64,000 bases of DNA, from positions 21,633 to 85,632 of the forward strand of contig JACPWU010000003.1 in assembly GCA_016196885.1 (NCBI GenBank). Reading direction: 5' to 3'. The notes beneath the pieces were generated by a model. It saw only the letters and a list, made by a program, of their open reading frames with translations, was not told where the DNA came from and did no database searches. The stretch comes from Chlamydiota bacterium. GTDB lineage: Bacteria > Auribacterota > JACPWU01. Position numbers and translations under genes: made by a program. The first letter of the stretch is position 1. Each line of letters begins with the position of its first letter. This document shows positions 16,860 to 26,317 of this stretch, in pieces.

Positions 16860-17105
16860 CCAAACGAGAGTTAAGGCTGTGACGTAAGTTTTATCGCAAC
16901 TATTTTACTACAAATAGGTTACATAAATAACAGTTTTCAATCTCAAATCACTCTTTATTTTCTTTAAATTATTTTTTCTTTTTTTACTTTTTCCCTTTTC
17001 CCTGTGTCTTGAGTATTGAGCCTTTGTAAGCTTTTTTATTTGCTCAAGTGTCTGTTGCAAAATAAGTTGTACATTTTTGTAACTGGAAAGGGGAAAGCAC
17101 AAGGC

Positions 17106-18698
17106 ATGACCCACAAAGCCGTCTACGCCATTTCTAGGTTCTCTCTGGCTTTCATCTTCCTTTTCTGGCAATTCCCCCTCTATGCAACTCATGTGGGAAG
17201 TCATGATGGCAACTGCAGCGATTATCCGGGTGAGGATTGCTATCAGGCCATTCAAATCAGCGGAGAGGTAGAGGGCTACAGTGAATTTGATTATGCCTAT
17301 CACAATTGTGGGCATAACGTCGTGAGCGGCTTTAGTTTGAACGGTAGTACGGGCAGTATCTTTACCTCGCCTAATCATATCAAGGTGACCTTTAACGATA
17401 ACAATCTGAATCGCTCCATTCGTATTTATACCGACAATTATACGCAGGATGAAGTCTGTAGATATGGGAATTATGGCTCCTTAGAGGGTTCTGAGTGCGG
17501 GGGCGAGTTGATTCCTGAGACCGATTGCCCGTGTTATCCGGATGTGACGTGTGCGTCTTCTAGTTCTGTACGTATGAATGGAGGGCTTTTTAAATGGTTT
17601 AACCGAGGCGCGGAAGAAAGTGTGAATCTTTATCCCGATGGTGAACTTTCTACCGATGATGATGATAAAGATGGGGATCCCTATGATTCCGATGAATGGG
17701 ATGAAAAATATACGAAAGGGGTGGACACCTTTATTAACAAAGGAGGGGAAGACAATGCCACCAATGGATATCCTACAGGAAATTCCCCTTGCTACGATGA
17801 AGAGGATTTGGATTGTAATGGAAATGAAGATGATGGGACGAATGATTCTCGGGATGAGATCTACACGCCTGGAAGGGATATTTTTGTGGATGTGGGGGGT
17901 GAAGAGTGTGATGAGGATGCCAATGGGGATGGCTTAGAGGATGATGGAACAGAGGATGATATTGATGAAATTTATACCAAGGGCTTTGACACATTTATAG
18001 ATGTGGGGGGTGAAGAGTCGGATGACGATGGAGATGGGATTGACGAGGTTTATACCTCGGGGACTGACATTTTTAATGTCTCAAACAGCACGACCAATAG
18101 CAGAACTGATTTGGGAGGTGAGGAGAGCGATGAGGATTTAGATGGAGATGGCCATGAGGATGATGGGACAGATGACAACAAAGATGAGCTGTACACGGAA
18201 GGGCCCGCTGGGGATAAGGCCTTAAATAATAAATCTCCCGGAGCCTCTCTCCTTTGGGTCGTCCAGGAAGAAGATGAGGATGTAGACACAGATGGGGATG
18301 GAATTACCTTTGAGCCCTATACCTTTGTGGGAAACAGTACAATTGAGGGCTATGTGACGGACATTCATCAGGAGAATGATACAGGGACGCTCAGTTATTG
18401 TGAAAAGTTCAATACCCAATACGCCAATGTTGCCTTTTCTATTTTTGAGCAGGGGGCCCTTTTGGCGGCCTTTCCGGAATGCGCACCTGCCAATCAAGAC
18501 ACAAATGGAAATGGAGAGCCCGGGGAATGCGGTGACGATGATGGGGCTGGAAGTGATCCTCCGGATGGTGTGAAGGAGTATGACTTTAGACAAGTTAAGG
18601 ATGGAGAATTTGTGATCTTTCTGGGAGCCGATTTTCGCAGTGCTACTGCCGGGTATTATTGGGCCTATTTGGTGATCGAGATTTATACGGAGGTGTGA
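17106..18698 (+). CDS. Secreted acidic protein with D-rich calcium-binding-like (TSP3/EF-hand-like) repeats; paralogue of 18890-19951
   Basis: Signal peptide MTHKAVYAISRFSLAFIFLFWQFPLYA. Repeated DxDxDGxxDDGTDD...EIYTxGxDxFxDVGGEE units. Shares its N-terminal motif (CSDYPGEDCYQAIQISGEVEGY) and C-terminal motif (EGYVTDIH...EIYTE) with the next gene. Start 17106 was chosen over 17016 because of the upstream AGGGGA. Confidence 0.6.
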   Translation: MTHKAVYAISRFSLAFIFLFWQFPLYATHVGSHDGNCSDYPGEDCYQAIQISGEVEGYSEFDYAYHNCGHNVVSGFSLNGSTGSIFTSPNHIKVTFNDNNLNRSIRIYTDNYTQDEVCRYGNYGSLEGSECGGELIPETDCPCYPDVTCASSSSVRMNGGLFKWFNRGAEESVNLYPDGELSTDDDDKDGDPYDSDEWDEKYTKGVDTFINKGGEDNATNGYPTGNSPCYDEEDLDCNGNEDDGTNDSRDEIYTPGRDIFVDVGGEECDEDANGDGLEDDGTEDDIDEIYTKGFDTFIDVGGEESDDDGDGIDEVYTSGTDIFNVSNSTTNSRTDLGGEESDEDLDGDGHEDDGTDDNKDELYTEGPAGDKALNNKSPGASLLWVVQEEDEDVDTDGDGITFEPYTFVGNSTIEGYVTDIHQENDTGTLSYCEKFNTQYANVAFSIFEQGALLAAFPECAPANQDTNGNGEPGECGDDDGAGSDPPDGVKEYDFRQVKDGEFVIFLGADFRSATAGYYWAYLVIEIYTEV

Positions 18699-18889
18699 GG
18701 AAGTGGCTAAGTGCTTAAGTCTTTAAGATGTAAAGCATTAGGGATAAAAAAAGAAGTGTTTTTTACTTTTCTGTTTCGAAAGTTGTCTTAATGGGTAGGA
18801 AGGTTGCTTTAATCGAGGAAATGCAGCTACTTGTGTAGCGCGTGGAGGTTAAAGGACTTTCTAATATGTGTAAAAAGGAGGAGAAAGAG

Positions 18890-19951
18890 ATGAAAAGGTT
18901 CTCAAAGATGAAAGGCGTGACCTACGCGCTGTTGGTGTTGTGCAGTTTGTGGGGAATGCCTTCTTATGCAAGTCATGGCCATGATGGAAATACAGATAAT
19001 TGTAGTGATTTCCCGGGCGAAGATTGCTATGAAGGAATTCAGATGAGTGGTGAACTGGAGGGTTATACGGTGTTTAATGTGGTATTGCATGATGCTTTCC
19101 ATACTGAAGTGCCAGGTAGTATTTCTGTTGCTCCAGTGGATTTGAATGGCGATGGAACAGCCAGTGGATCTGAATTGGTGACCACGGGTGACAAACATAT
19201 TATCGTTAGTTTTGATGATAACAATGTCAAACGTGATATCCAGATTTACATGGATAATTATGAGGGTGATGCGGATCTAAATGGTGTTCCTGATTATCAG
19301 CAGTACGAGGAAGGTTCTATTGTAACCGGGGCCAGCCCGTCTACTTTGATGAAAAGTGGCTTGATCGGTGCAGTTGATCCCGATTATGTGGTTCCTGCCT
19401 TCTGGCATATTGCGGAGGGTGATGGAACGCCTGTGGCTGTTACAGGTAACTCTGGAGTTGAAGGCTATGTCACAGATATCCATGCGGAAGATGTGGATCC
19501 ATTAAGCTCAAATTACAATAAGTACAGCTTCCTGGATTCCTACGCCAATATGGCTTTCGCAATTCTGGGGCAGAATGCCGCTCTTGCAGCCAGCTCTGGT
19601 GTGTGTGCTACGACAGATACAAACGGGGATGGAAACATTGACTGTAATACAGGTTATGACACAAACGGTGATGGAGTTGTTGATACGTACCGTTCTGATT
19701 CTGCTGGATGTTCAACAGAGGATACCAACAAGGATGGAGTTGCTGGAGAATGCGGTGTGCTTGACTCGACTGATCTGAACCAGGATGGTTCGACAACGGA
19801 TCTTCTCTATGACTTTAAGAACATCAGCAGTGGTTCTTTCCAGGTTACAGTGGGTGCGGACTATCGTGGTTTCCCTGCTCAGAACTACGAAGGTACTCTC
19901 AACGTTGAGATTTATACTGAGTTGACAGGCGATACCAATCATCACTTCTAA
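18890..19951 (+). CDS. Secreted acidic protein, paralogue of the preceding gene
   Basis: SD AAGGAGG lies 8 nt before ATG 18890. Signal peptide MKRFSKMKGVTYALLVLCSLWGMPSYA. Carries the shared CSDFPGEDCYEGIQMSGELEGY and VEIYTEL motifs and D/N/G/T-rich repeats. The 3' flank motif AAGTGCTTAAGT is also shared, at 18707 and 20024. Confidence 0.6.
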   Translation: MKRFSKMKGVTYALLVLCSLWGMPSYASHGHDGNTDNCSDFPGEDCYEGIQMSGELEGYTVFNVVLHDAFHTEVPGSISVAPVDLNGDGTASGSELVTTGDKHIIVSFDDNNVKRDIQIYMDNYEGDADLNGVPDYQQYEEGSIVTGASPSTLMKSGLIGAVDPDYVVPAFWHIAEGDGTPVAVTGNSGVEGYVTDIHAEDVDPLSSNYNKYSFLDSYANMAFAILGQNAALAASSGVCATTDTNGDGNIDCNTGYDTNGDGVVDTYRSDSAGCSTEDTNKDGVAGECGVLDSTDLNQDGSTTDLLYDFKNISSGSFQVTVGADYRGFPAQNYEGTLNVEIYTELTGDTNHHF

Positions 19952-20217
19952 GAGGGTGTAAAACTTCTTCTTTCTCTGTCCCCCGAAGATGGTATGTCGC
20001 GGGGGCGGGGAGGGAGGGGTTTTAAGTGCTTAAGTGCGTGGGTGTCTAGGTTATTATCATAAGCAAGTAGCGCTTGTCATCTCGAGGAGCAGTTTTTTGC
20101 GACGAGAGATCTTTGTCTTAGAATTAGAGCAAGATTTCTCCCCTTCGTTGCACTCAGGGTCGAAATGACAATGGCTTTAGGATATTTAAAGATTCAAAAA
20201 AGGAAAGAGGGTTTTTT

Positions 20218-21057
20218 ATGAAGTTTAAAATTTTGACCATTTTAATATTAAGTTTGCTTTTTCCTGTGAGTAGCGTTTTTGCTGTGGGTTTAAGGGTGAG
20301 CCCGGGAAGAGCCACAGTGGTTTTAAAGCCAGGTGAGCAAAAAGAAGGGGTTTATCATATTAAAAATACATCGAATACGACTCAAAAGATTTTGGTTCAG
20401 GCTGAGGATTGGGTTCAATTTCGACAAGGCAAGCCTCGTGTTCGAGCTGAGGGATGGCTTAATTTTGAGAAGACAGAATTTGTTTTAGATGTGGGAGAGG
20501 AAACAGAGCTAAAGTACAAGGTTCTTTTGGATAAGGATTTTAGAGGGGAAAAAGTGGCCCAGGTTTTTTTTACCCCTGTTCCGACGGGGGATTCCAGTCA
20601 GGGTGTTTCGATTCGTGTTCGTTCGGGTGTTTTGTTGATGGCCATTGCGAAGGAGGACATTCAGGTTAAGGCTGAGATTGGGATGGTTTCTTGGACCCAA
20701 CAGAAGGATGGCGTTTCTGCTTTGCAAATTCAGATCAAGGATGCAGGCAATGTCCATATTAAATTAGGCGGTGAAGTAAAGGTTTTGAATGAAAAGGGGG
20801 ATGTGATTTGGAAAGGGGTTTTGGACCCGGCCCAGACGCCGGGCCTTTTTGCCGGGGAAGAGAGGCCCTATTCGCTTCCCTTTAATATGAAAGTTTTGAA
20901 AGAGTCGGAGAAATATCTTTGTGTGATTGAATTGGATTATGGCGTGAATGATGCGAAGGGACTTTCTGTTTCGAAGAAGTTGGATTTGAGATTGGTGGCG
21001 AATGAGGTTGTTTTTGCCGAGAGGGTGGGAATACCAGTCGTGAGTCGTGAGTCGTGA
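20218..21057 (+). CDS. Secreted β-sandwich protein, PapD-like / pilus-assembly-chaperone N-domain-like
   Basis: Signal peptide MKFKILTILILSLLFPVSSVFA. LRVSPGRATVVLKPGEQKEGVYHIKNTSNTTQKILVQAED resembles the PapD N-terminal fold pattern. The stop codon lies inside a (GTCGTGA)3 heptamer repeat. Confidence 0.4.
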   Translation: MKFKILTILILSLLFPVSSVFAVGLRVSPGRATVVLKPGEQKEGVYHIKNTSNTTQKILVQAEDWVQFRQGKPRVRAEGWLNFEKTEFVLDVGEETELKYKVLLDKDFRGEKVAQVFFTPVPTGDSSQGVSIRVRSGVLLMAIAKEDIQVKAEIGMVSWTQQKDGVSALQIQIKDAGNVHIKLGGEVKVLNEKGDVIWKGVLDPAQTPGLFAGEERPYSLPFNMKVLKESEKYLCVIELDYGVNDAKGLSVSKKLDLRLVANEVVFAERVGIPVVSRES

Positions 21058-21060
21058 GTG
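21037..21060 (+). repeat. (GTCGTGA)x3 heptanucleotide tandem repeat containing the stop codon of gene 20218-21057
   Basis: gtcgtgagtcgtgagtcgtgagtg. The same heptamer occurs with 2.6 copies in-frame in giant gene 2 (27389-27406), and split by a 24-bp insertion in giant gene 3 (56594-56634). Confidence 0.8.
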
Positions 21061-21138
21061 CTTTGCTTGTCATTGCGAGGAAGCTGTAGGCAGGCGAAGC
21101 AATCTTGAGTTTTGGAGAGCATTCTGGAAGTTTGTTAT

Positions 21139-21213
21139 GTAGTCGCCCCATTTATGGGGCTGCCCGATGAATCGGGCGACTACAAAAGAGGGCTGCCCGA
21201 TGAATCGGGCGAC
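21139..21213. repeat. GTAGTCGCC-family palindromic element (short form, B orientation) with an internal 31-bp tandem duplication
   Basis: GTAGTCGCCCCATTTATGGGGCTGCCCGATGAATCGGGCGACTAC followed by AAAAGAGGGCTGCCCGATGAATCGGGCGACTAC. Overlaps the spurious ORFs 21070-21327(-) and 21112-21300(+). Confidence 0.75.
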
Positions 21214-21296
21214 TACAAAAAAAGCATGATGGGGAGAACTTTCATTGCATATGATGGTCTCGAATACGGGTTCGCAATGGCAGAGTGGTGGGATAG

Positions 21297-24200
21297 GTGA
21301 TGAGTATGGATTTATCCTCTGAAACAAATGCTAAAAATTTTAAGGGTGTTTATGCCCTTTTGCCAGGGTTCTTTTTTTTTCTTTTTCTCTCCTTTTCTTC
21401 CCATTCTCTCTTTGCCTCTTTTGTAGATTCCGATTCTGACCGCATGGACGATGCATGGGAAGGTGCGCATGGCCTTAATCCAAGCGATGCATCCGATGGA
21501 ACAGTAGATTCAGATGGGGATGGGATCATGAATGATGAAGAGTATTTTACCAACCACGATCCCCATGCCCCCGATCCAACTCTGAGTGACTCAGAGTTGG
21601 TGGATCTTGCCGCGAGAAAGGCCTTTCTTTATTTCTGGGAGCAGGCGAAGGTTCCAAGCACGGGTGGAGTGACAGAGCCTATTTTGATTCCAGATCACTC
21701 TGATTTTAATGGGGGGAGTCCCGCTACCTATTACAGCATTGCGGCGATTGGATTTGGTTTAGCTGCAATGGTTGTGGCCGATGACCGTGACTGGATAGAT
21801 CATGTTTCTGCGTATAACCGAATTGATGCGACTTTAAAATTTTTTAGGAGTTTACAGACCAGCACAGATGATCAGAAGGTCAAGCATGGTTATTTCTATC
21901 ACTCTTATGATGTGAATGGAATTCGAACGTCTGGGAGTGAACTTTCAACGATGGATCATGCCATTTTTGTGGCGGGGGCTCTCTTAGCGGGCCAATATTA
22001 TCGTGGGACTGAAATAAAGGATTTGGCTGACGAAATTTATTCTTCAACCGAGTGGAATTGGGCCTGGGATGGGTCTTTTTTATATAGGGGCTGGGTCGAG
22101 GATGGCGGCCCTGTGGAAGGCGGAAGTTGGGTGGGAGGTAGCGCGAAATGGGACAGTTATGCCCAAGAGATTATTCTTCTTAACTTGGCCATTGGAAACC
22201 AAGGGGCGTATAACATTCCGCAAGTCGCTTGGTCTAACATTGCCCGACCTTTGGAACAATATGGTTCTTTTCCTTCTTATATTCATGTGGGGTCTCTTTA
22301 TGCCCACCAGTATTCCCATCTTTTTTTGGATTTGAAGAGTCGGCCCGATGCCTTGGGCTATGATTATTTTGAAAATTCAAGAGTGGCCACAGAGGTCAAT
22401 CGGCAGTTTGCGATAGATTTGAATTTAAAGGATCCTTTGAAATATGAAACTTATGGGGAAAATGTGTGGGGGCTTTCTGCAGCGAATGCCTCGAAGGGGT
22501 ACCAATCTTTGGAGCCCATTCTTTCGACAGAGGATGAGGCTGTGATTGAGGCGTACAATGATTCTGGAACGGTTGCGCCTTTTGCCCCCCTGGGTTCTTT
22601 ACCTTTTACTCCAGAAGAGTCTCTCGGGGCATTGAGAGAAATGTATGAGAATCGAAATTCTTTCTTGAGTGCTCAGACAATTTGGGGACGTCACGGTTTT
22701 TTGAATGCATTTAATACCGGCACAGCTTCAGGAGGACAGAAACCCTATTTTAGCACGCAGGTGATAGGAATTGATTTGGGCCCGATTGTAGGAATGGCGG
22801 AAGATTACAGAACGGGTCTTTTGTGGAAATATTTTTTTAGATCGGCGATTGCCGAGTCGGGCATGGCCAACATGGGGTTCAGTACCGAGCCGGTCGAACC
22901 CCATGTTTTAAATTTTGACAGCGGGTCGGATCCCAACGATTTTGGGGGAGATTCGGGGGGGATTGGGGGGGGCGATGTTTCTTATGTGACGGATACGCCC
23001 GATGGATCGGAATTCTCTGCCCAGGTGAGTGGTTCAAATATCGGAGATGGGGCTTTCATGGGGCTTGCGGGGCATTCCATTCATCCCTGGGATGGATTTT
23101 CAATTTGGGTGAGGGCTTTGTCCGAGGGGGGGTCTTTAGAAGTCGGACTCAAAGATACAGATGGAAATCAGTGGACGGTGTCGCTTGCAAGTTATCATCC
23201 TCAAGGGGCACTCACACAATCTTGGACGCAAGTGAAAATTCCTTTGGAGCCTTTTGTGGAGGCGGGGGTACGACTCACCCGTTTGGATGAAATCTTTTTT
23301 GTGTTTACTTCTAGTGGCGGCGTTATCCAAGTGGACGATGTTGGATTTTTGGAAGATGTATTTTCCCCGGATTCCCCACAAGATTTTAAGGCTCAATTTG
23401 TGACTCCCGATCGAGTCGAACTTTCTTGGCAAGAAAGTCCTTCTAAGGATGTGGTGGGTTATAAAATTTATCGCAAAAAGAGTTCTGGAAATTTTGAGGA
23501 ATTAACGGCCAATGAGAATGGCTATGTTTATTTAGGAACTTCTTATACAGATACTGCGATTGATCCCTCTCAACAATACACCTATCGCGTGATCGCCCTT
23601 GACAATTCTCAAGATTCAGATGATTCGGATGATGGCTTGGAAAGTGAGCCAGCTGAAGATCAAGCCTATACCTCAGATAAAGATGGGGATGGTTTGGATG
23701 ATCAGGAGGAGGCAACTTTGGGGACTGATCCGAATAATTCCGACAGCGATGGAGATGGCGTGAGTGATGGAGAGGAAGTGAATCAGAATGGGACGAATCC
23801 AAAAGACGCGGATACAGATGACGATGGTTTCACCGATGGCCAGGAGGCCTCGACAAATTCTGACCCTAAAGATCCAGAGAGCCAGCCAACCCAGATCACG
23901 ATTACAGCGGATAACCGTTATGTCTTGTATGTGAATGGGGTCAAGGTGGGTGAGGATGACAATTGGAGTACGGTGGAAAAGTATGTTGTAGATTTGAAGC
24001 CGGGAGGAAATGTAGCGATTGAGGCGATAGACTCAGGGGGAATCGCAGGTTTGGCAGTGAATATTTCCAATGGGACTCAAGTGCAGGTTTCGAATTTTAT
24101 TTGGCAATGTTCGCTTCAAGCTTCTTCAGGATGGGAGACCGAGGGCTTTGATCATTCGAGCTGGGTGGGGGCCACAGAACATTTTCAGGTGGGAGGAGGA

Positions 24201-26171
24201 CCGTGGGGAAGGATGGACAGTTTCAATTCTAAGACCCGGTGGATTTGGTCATCGGATGCCTTAAAGGATGATCGTGTTTGTTTCTGGACAACGTATGATC
24301 CAACTTTAAATGGTTTGATTAAGGTGACGGCCGATAATGCTTTTCGTTTGTATCTGAATGGGACTGAAATGACAGAAGGAGATGATTGGTCAAAAGTTAA
24401 GTTTGTACAGGCTGTTCTGACGCCGGGAGATATTCTTGGGATTGACGCTTGGGATCAAGGAGGGGTGGCATCTCTGATTGCTGAAGTAGATATCATGGAC
24501 AGCAATGGGGAAAAACAGTTTTTCACGACCGATACAACCTGGACGCTTTCAACTTCTGAAATGAGTGGTTGGGAGACACAGGATTTCGATGATTCTAGCT
24601 GGTCCGGTGCGACGGTGATCGCACAAAAGGGGGATCCTCCTTGGGGAAATTCAGGGACCTTATCGTCTATTGATTCTTCGGCAAAATGGATTTGGGGCCA
24701 GGATTCTCAAGGAATCAATGAGGTATGGATTCGAAAGGAGATTCCCAACGCCATCTTCACTTTGACCGTAGATAATTCTTTTGAGCTTTACCAAAACGGG
24801 GTTTATTTGCTTTCCAATTCTGATTGGAGTCATCCCCAAAGTGTAGGGGTTTATCTTCAAGAAGGGGATGTGCTTGCGGTCAAAGGAGTGGATGCTGGGG
24901 GGATCGCTGGTTTTTTGGGATCGGTGGCATTTCTGGATGGTTCAAGTTCCATTCTCACCAATTCCAGTTGGAAGGCATCTTTGGGACCCTACAATGATCC
25001 TTCGTGGACCCAGGCGAGTTTCGACGATTCTTCTTGGGGCTATTCCATTTCTATGGGAGCCAATGGAATTGCCCCTTGGGGGACCGTGGAACACATTGAC
25101 GGGAGTGCACAGTGGATTTGGGGGAACGATCCTGTGAATCAAGACCAAGCCTATTTTAGATTTGTGGTGGGTGCTACGAATACTTCAGACGTTACGACGC
25201 TTAAGATCACGGCGGACAATGCCTTTGAGTTCTATCACAATGGGGTTCTGGTTGCGACGGGAAGTGATTGGACAAAGGCCGTTCTTTTGTCTCTCAAATT
25301 GAGTGCAGGAGATACCTTGGCCTTCAAATGTCTTGATTATGGCGGGAAGGCAGGTTTTTTGGTGGAGGGGGTACAAGGAGGAAAGCGATTTATTTCCAAC
25401 AGTGATGACTGGAAGGTTTCGACTCAGGAAATAAACGGTTGGAATCAAAAGGGCTATGATGCCTCTGATTGGACGCCTGCCTCAAATTATGGCTATTATG
25501 GGGCGAGTCCCTGGTTTAAAAATGTGGTTAATTTTACGGCCGAGGACGCCAATTGGCTATGGTCTAGTCACAATGTGACCAACGGGCCTATTGATCCTGT
25601 GATTTATATGACAAGGCTTGTGATGGGGTTTGAGGCCAATGTTTTTAATACAGACGATGGAAGTTCTGCAGATGGGATCAATTTTAGAGCGCTGTCTTTA
25701 GGGATGGTCAATTCGGGCCAAGCCGTGGAAATTAAATTTGCAGGACATTATCACTATGACGGCCTTCCTCATCAGGTCATTAATCTTCATACGGAAAATG
25801 AAGATGGGCGAGATGGCTTGGTCGGGGTGAGTGACTCACAAGCGCATATTCCTGTTTTTTGGGTTGTGACTCCGCAAAGGGTGAGTGATGCCGAAGACAC
25901 GGATCAAGACGGAGTCGCAAACAATTATGACTTCAGTGGGGATCCCTCTGAAGAGGCCTATTTGATAGATGTCACAAATCCTGATCTCTACAGCTATGGG
26001 AATGCCGCCTATAAGCTAGACGGATTCCATGGGAATTTAGCGAATTTTGGGGGATCGTCTCGGACTGCAGATGAAGGTAAAATTTATCTCTATTTCGGAG
26101 CTGATTTTTCATATGCGAAGGCTCAAAAGTATAAAACCACCCTCTACGTGGACATGGTGACCCTGTCTTAA
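21297..26171 (+). CDS. Large secreted multidomain protein (1624 aa): six-hairpin glycosidase-like domain, FN3, TSP3-like acidic repeats, and four tandem galactose-binding-like β-sandwich repeats
   Basis: Signal peptide (FFFFLFLSFSSHSLFA). WEQAKVPSTGGVTEPI...HGYFYHSYD...WNWAWDG is consistent with a putative-glucoamylase-type (alpha/alpha)6 fold. An FN3-like block spans VELSWQESP...YKIYRK...YTYRVIALD. A DKDGDGLDDQEE...DSDGDGVSDGEE run follows. Four ~130-aa repeats each show ADNxFxLYxNG...GD.L....D.GG.AG followed by SxWETxxFDDSSW...PWG...W(I)W, which is the F-D-D-S-x-W motif of galactose-binding-like domains. Confidence 0.6.
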   Translation: MMSMDLSSETNAKNFKGVYALLPGFFFFLFLSFSSHSLFASFVDSDSDRMDDAWEGAHGLNPSDASDGTVDSDGDGIMNDEEYFTNHDPHAPDPTLSDSELVDLAARKAFLYFWEQAKVPSTGGVTEPILIPDHSDFNGGSPATYYSIAAIGFGLAAMVVADDRDWIDHVSAYNRIDATLKFFRSLQTSTDDQKVKHGYFYHSYDVNGIRTSGSELSTMDHAIFVAGALLAGQYYRGTEIKDLADEIYSSTEWNWAWDGSFLYRGWVEDGGPVEGGSWVGGSAKWDSYAQEIILLNLAIGNQGAYNIPQVAWSNIARPLEQYGSFPSYIHVGSLYAHQYSHLFLDLKSRPDALGYDYFENSRVATEVNRQFAIDLNLKDPLKYETYGENVWGLSAANASKGYQSLEPILSTEDEAVIEAYNDSGTVAPFAPLGSLPFTPEESLGALREMYENRNSFLSAQTIWGRHGFLNAFNTGTASGGQKPYFSTQVIGIDLGPIVGMAEDYRTGLLWKYFFRSAIAESGMANMGFSTEPVEPHVLNFDSGSDPNDFGGDSGGIGGGDVSYVTDTPDGSEFSAQVSGSNIGDGAFMGLAGHSIHPWDGFSIWVRALSEGGSLEVGLKDTDGNQWTVSLASYHPQGALTQSWTQVKIPLEPFVEAGVRLTRLDEIFFVFTSSGGVIQVDDVGFLEDVFSPDSPQDFKAQFVTPDRVELSWQESPSKDVVGYKIYRKKSSGNFEELTANENGYVYLGTSYTDTAIDPSQQYTYRVIALDNSQDSDDSDDGLESEPAEDQAYTSDKDGDGLDDQEEATLGTDPNNSDSDGDGVSDGEEVNQNGTNPKDADTDDDGFTDGQEASTNSDPKDPESQPTQITITADNRYVLYVNGVKVGEDDNWSTVEKYVVDLKPGGNVAIEAIDSGGIAGLAVNISNGTQVQVSNFIWQCSLQASSGWETEGFDHSSWVGATEHFQVGGGPWGRMDSFNSKTRWIWSSDALKDDRVCFWTTYDPTLNGLIKVTADNAFRLYLNGTEMTEGDDWSKVKFVQAVLTPGDILGIDAWDQGGVASLIAEVDIMDSNGEKQFFTTDTTWTLSTSEMSGWETQDFDDSSWSGATVIAQKGDPPWGNSGTLSSIDSSAKWIWGQDSQGINEVWIRKEIPNAIFTLTVDNSFELYQNGVYLLSNSDWSHPQSVGVYLQEGDVLAVKGVDAGGIAGFLGSVAFLDGSSSILTNSSWKASLGPYNDPSWTQASFDDSSWGYSISMGANGIAPWGTVEHIDGSAQWIWGNDPVNQDQAYFRFVVGATNTSDVTTLKITADNAFEFYHNGVLVATGSDWTKAVLLSLKLSAGDTLAFKCLDYGGKAGFLVEGVQGGKRFISNSDDWKVSTQEINGWNQKGYDASDWTPASNYGYYGASPWFKNVVNFTAEDANWLWSSHNVTNGPIDPVIYMTRLVMGFEANVFNTDDGSSADGINFRALSLGMVNSGQAVEIKFAGHYHYDGLPHQVINLHTENEDGRDGLVGVSDSQAHIPVFWVVTPQRVSDAEDTDQDGVANNYDFSGDPSEEAYLIDVTNPDLYSYGNAAYKLDGFHGNLANFGGSSRTADEGKIYLYFGADFSYAKAQKYKTTLYVDMVTLS

Positions 26172-26317
26172 GATATCTCTTTCTATCATAACCAAATCTC
26201 TTCCAATAGGTTAAATTCATTAAAAATCCTTCAAATAAATCATTTCTTTTTTGACCTTTTTCACCTCTGAAATGTCCTTATTTGTGAGTACTTTAAATCA
26301 GGTACTTATAGGCACTT

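Noticed and set aside
16647-16874. 75-aa plus-strand ORF and 66-aa minus-strand ORF spanning the tandem hairpin repeats
   Set aside because: They lie entirely within two tandem copies of a structured ~90-bp repeat and have no RBS; they are most likely non-coding repeat sequence.
17638-17994. Met/His/Pro-rich internal ORFs (MVNFLPMMMIKMGIPMIP..., MCQSPWYKFHQYHPLFHH...) inside the acidic secreted protein gene
   Set aside because: These are alternative-frame translations of the GAT/GGA-rich repeat region and are not supported as separate genes.
19952-20217. Rho-independent terminator after the second acidic protein gene (GTCCCCCG...CGCGGGGGC)
   Set aside because: The stem is short and imperfect, the loop is ~14 nt and there is no T-tract. 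This is too weak to call.
21070-21327. 85-aa minus-strand and 62-aa plus-strand ORFs upstream of gene 21297
   Set aside because: They overlap the GTAGTCGCC palindromic element and its tandem duplication; the coding signal is a palindrome artefact.
26172-26317. Possible small RNA or tRNA in the AT-rich spacer before giant gene 2
   Set aside because: No cloverleaf-compatible stems or conserved tRNA boxes were seen. The spacer reads as an AT-rich promoter or leader region only.
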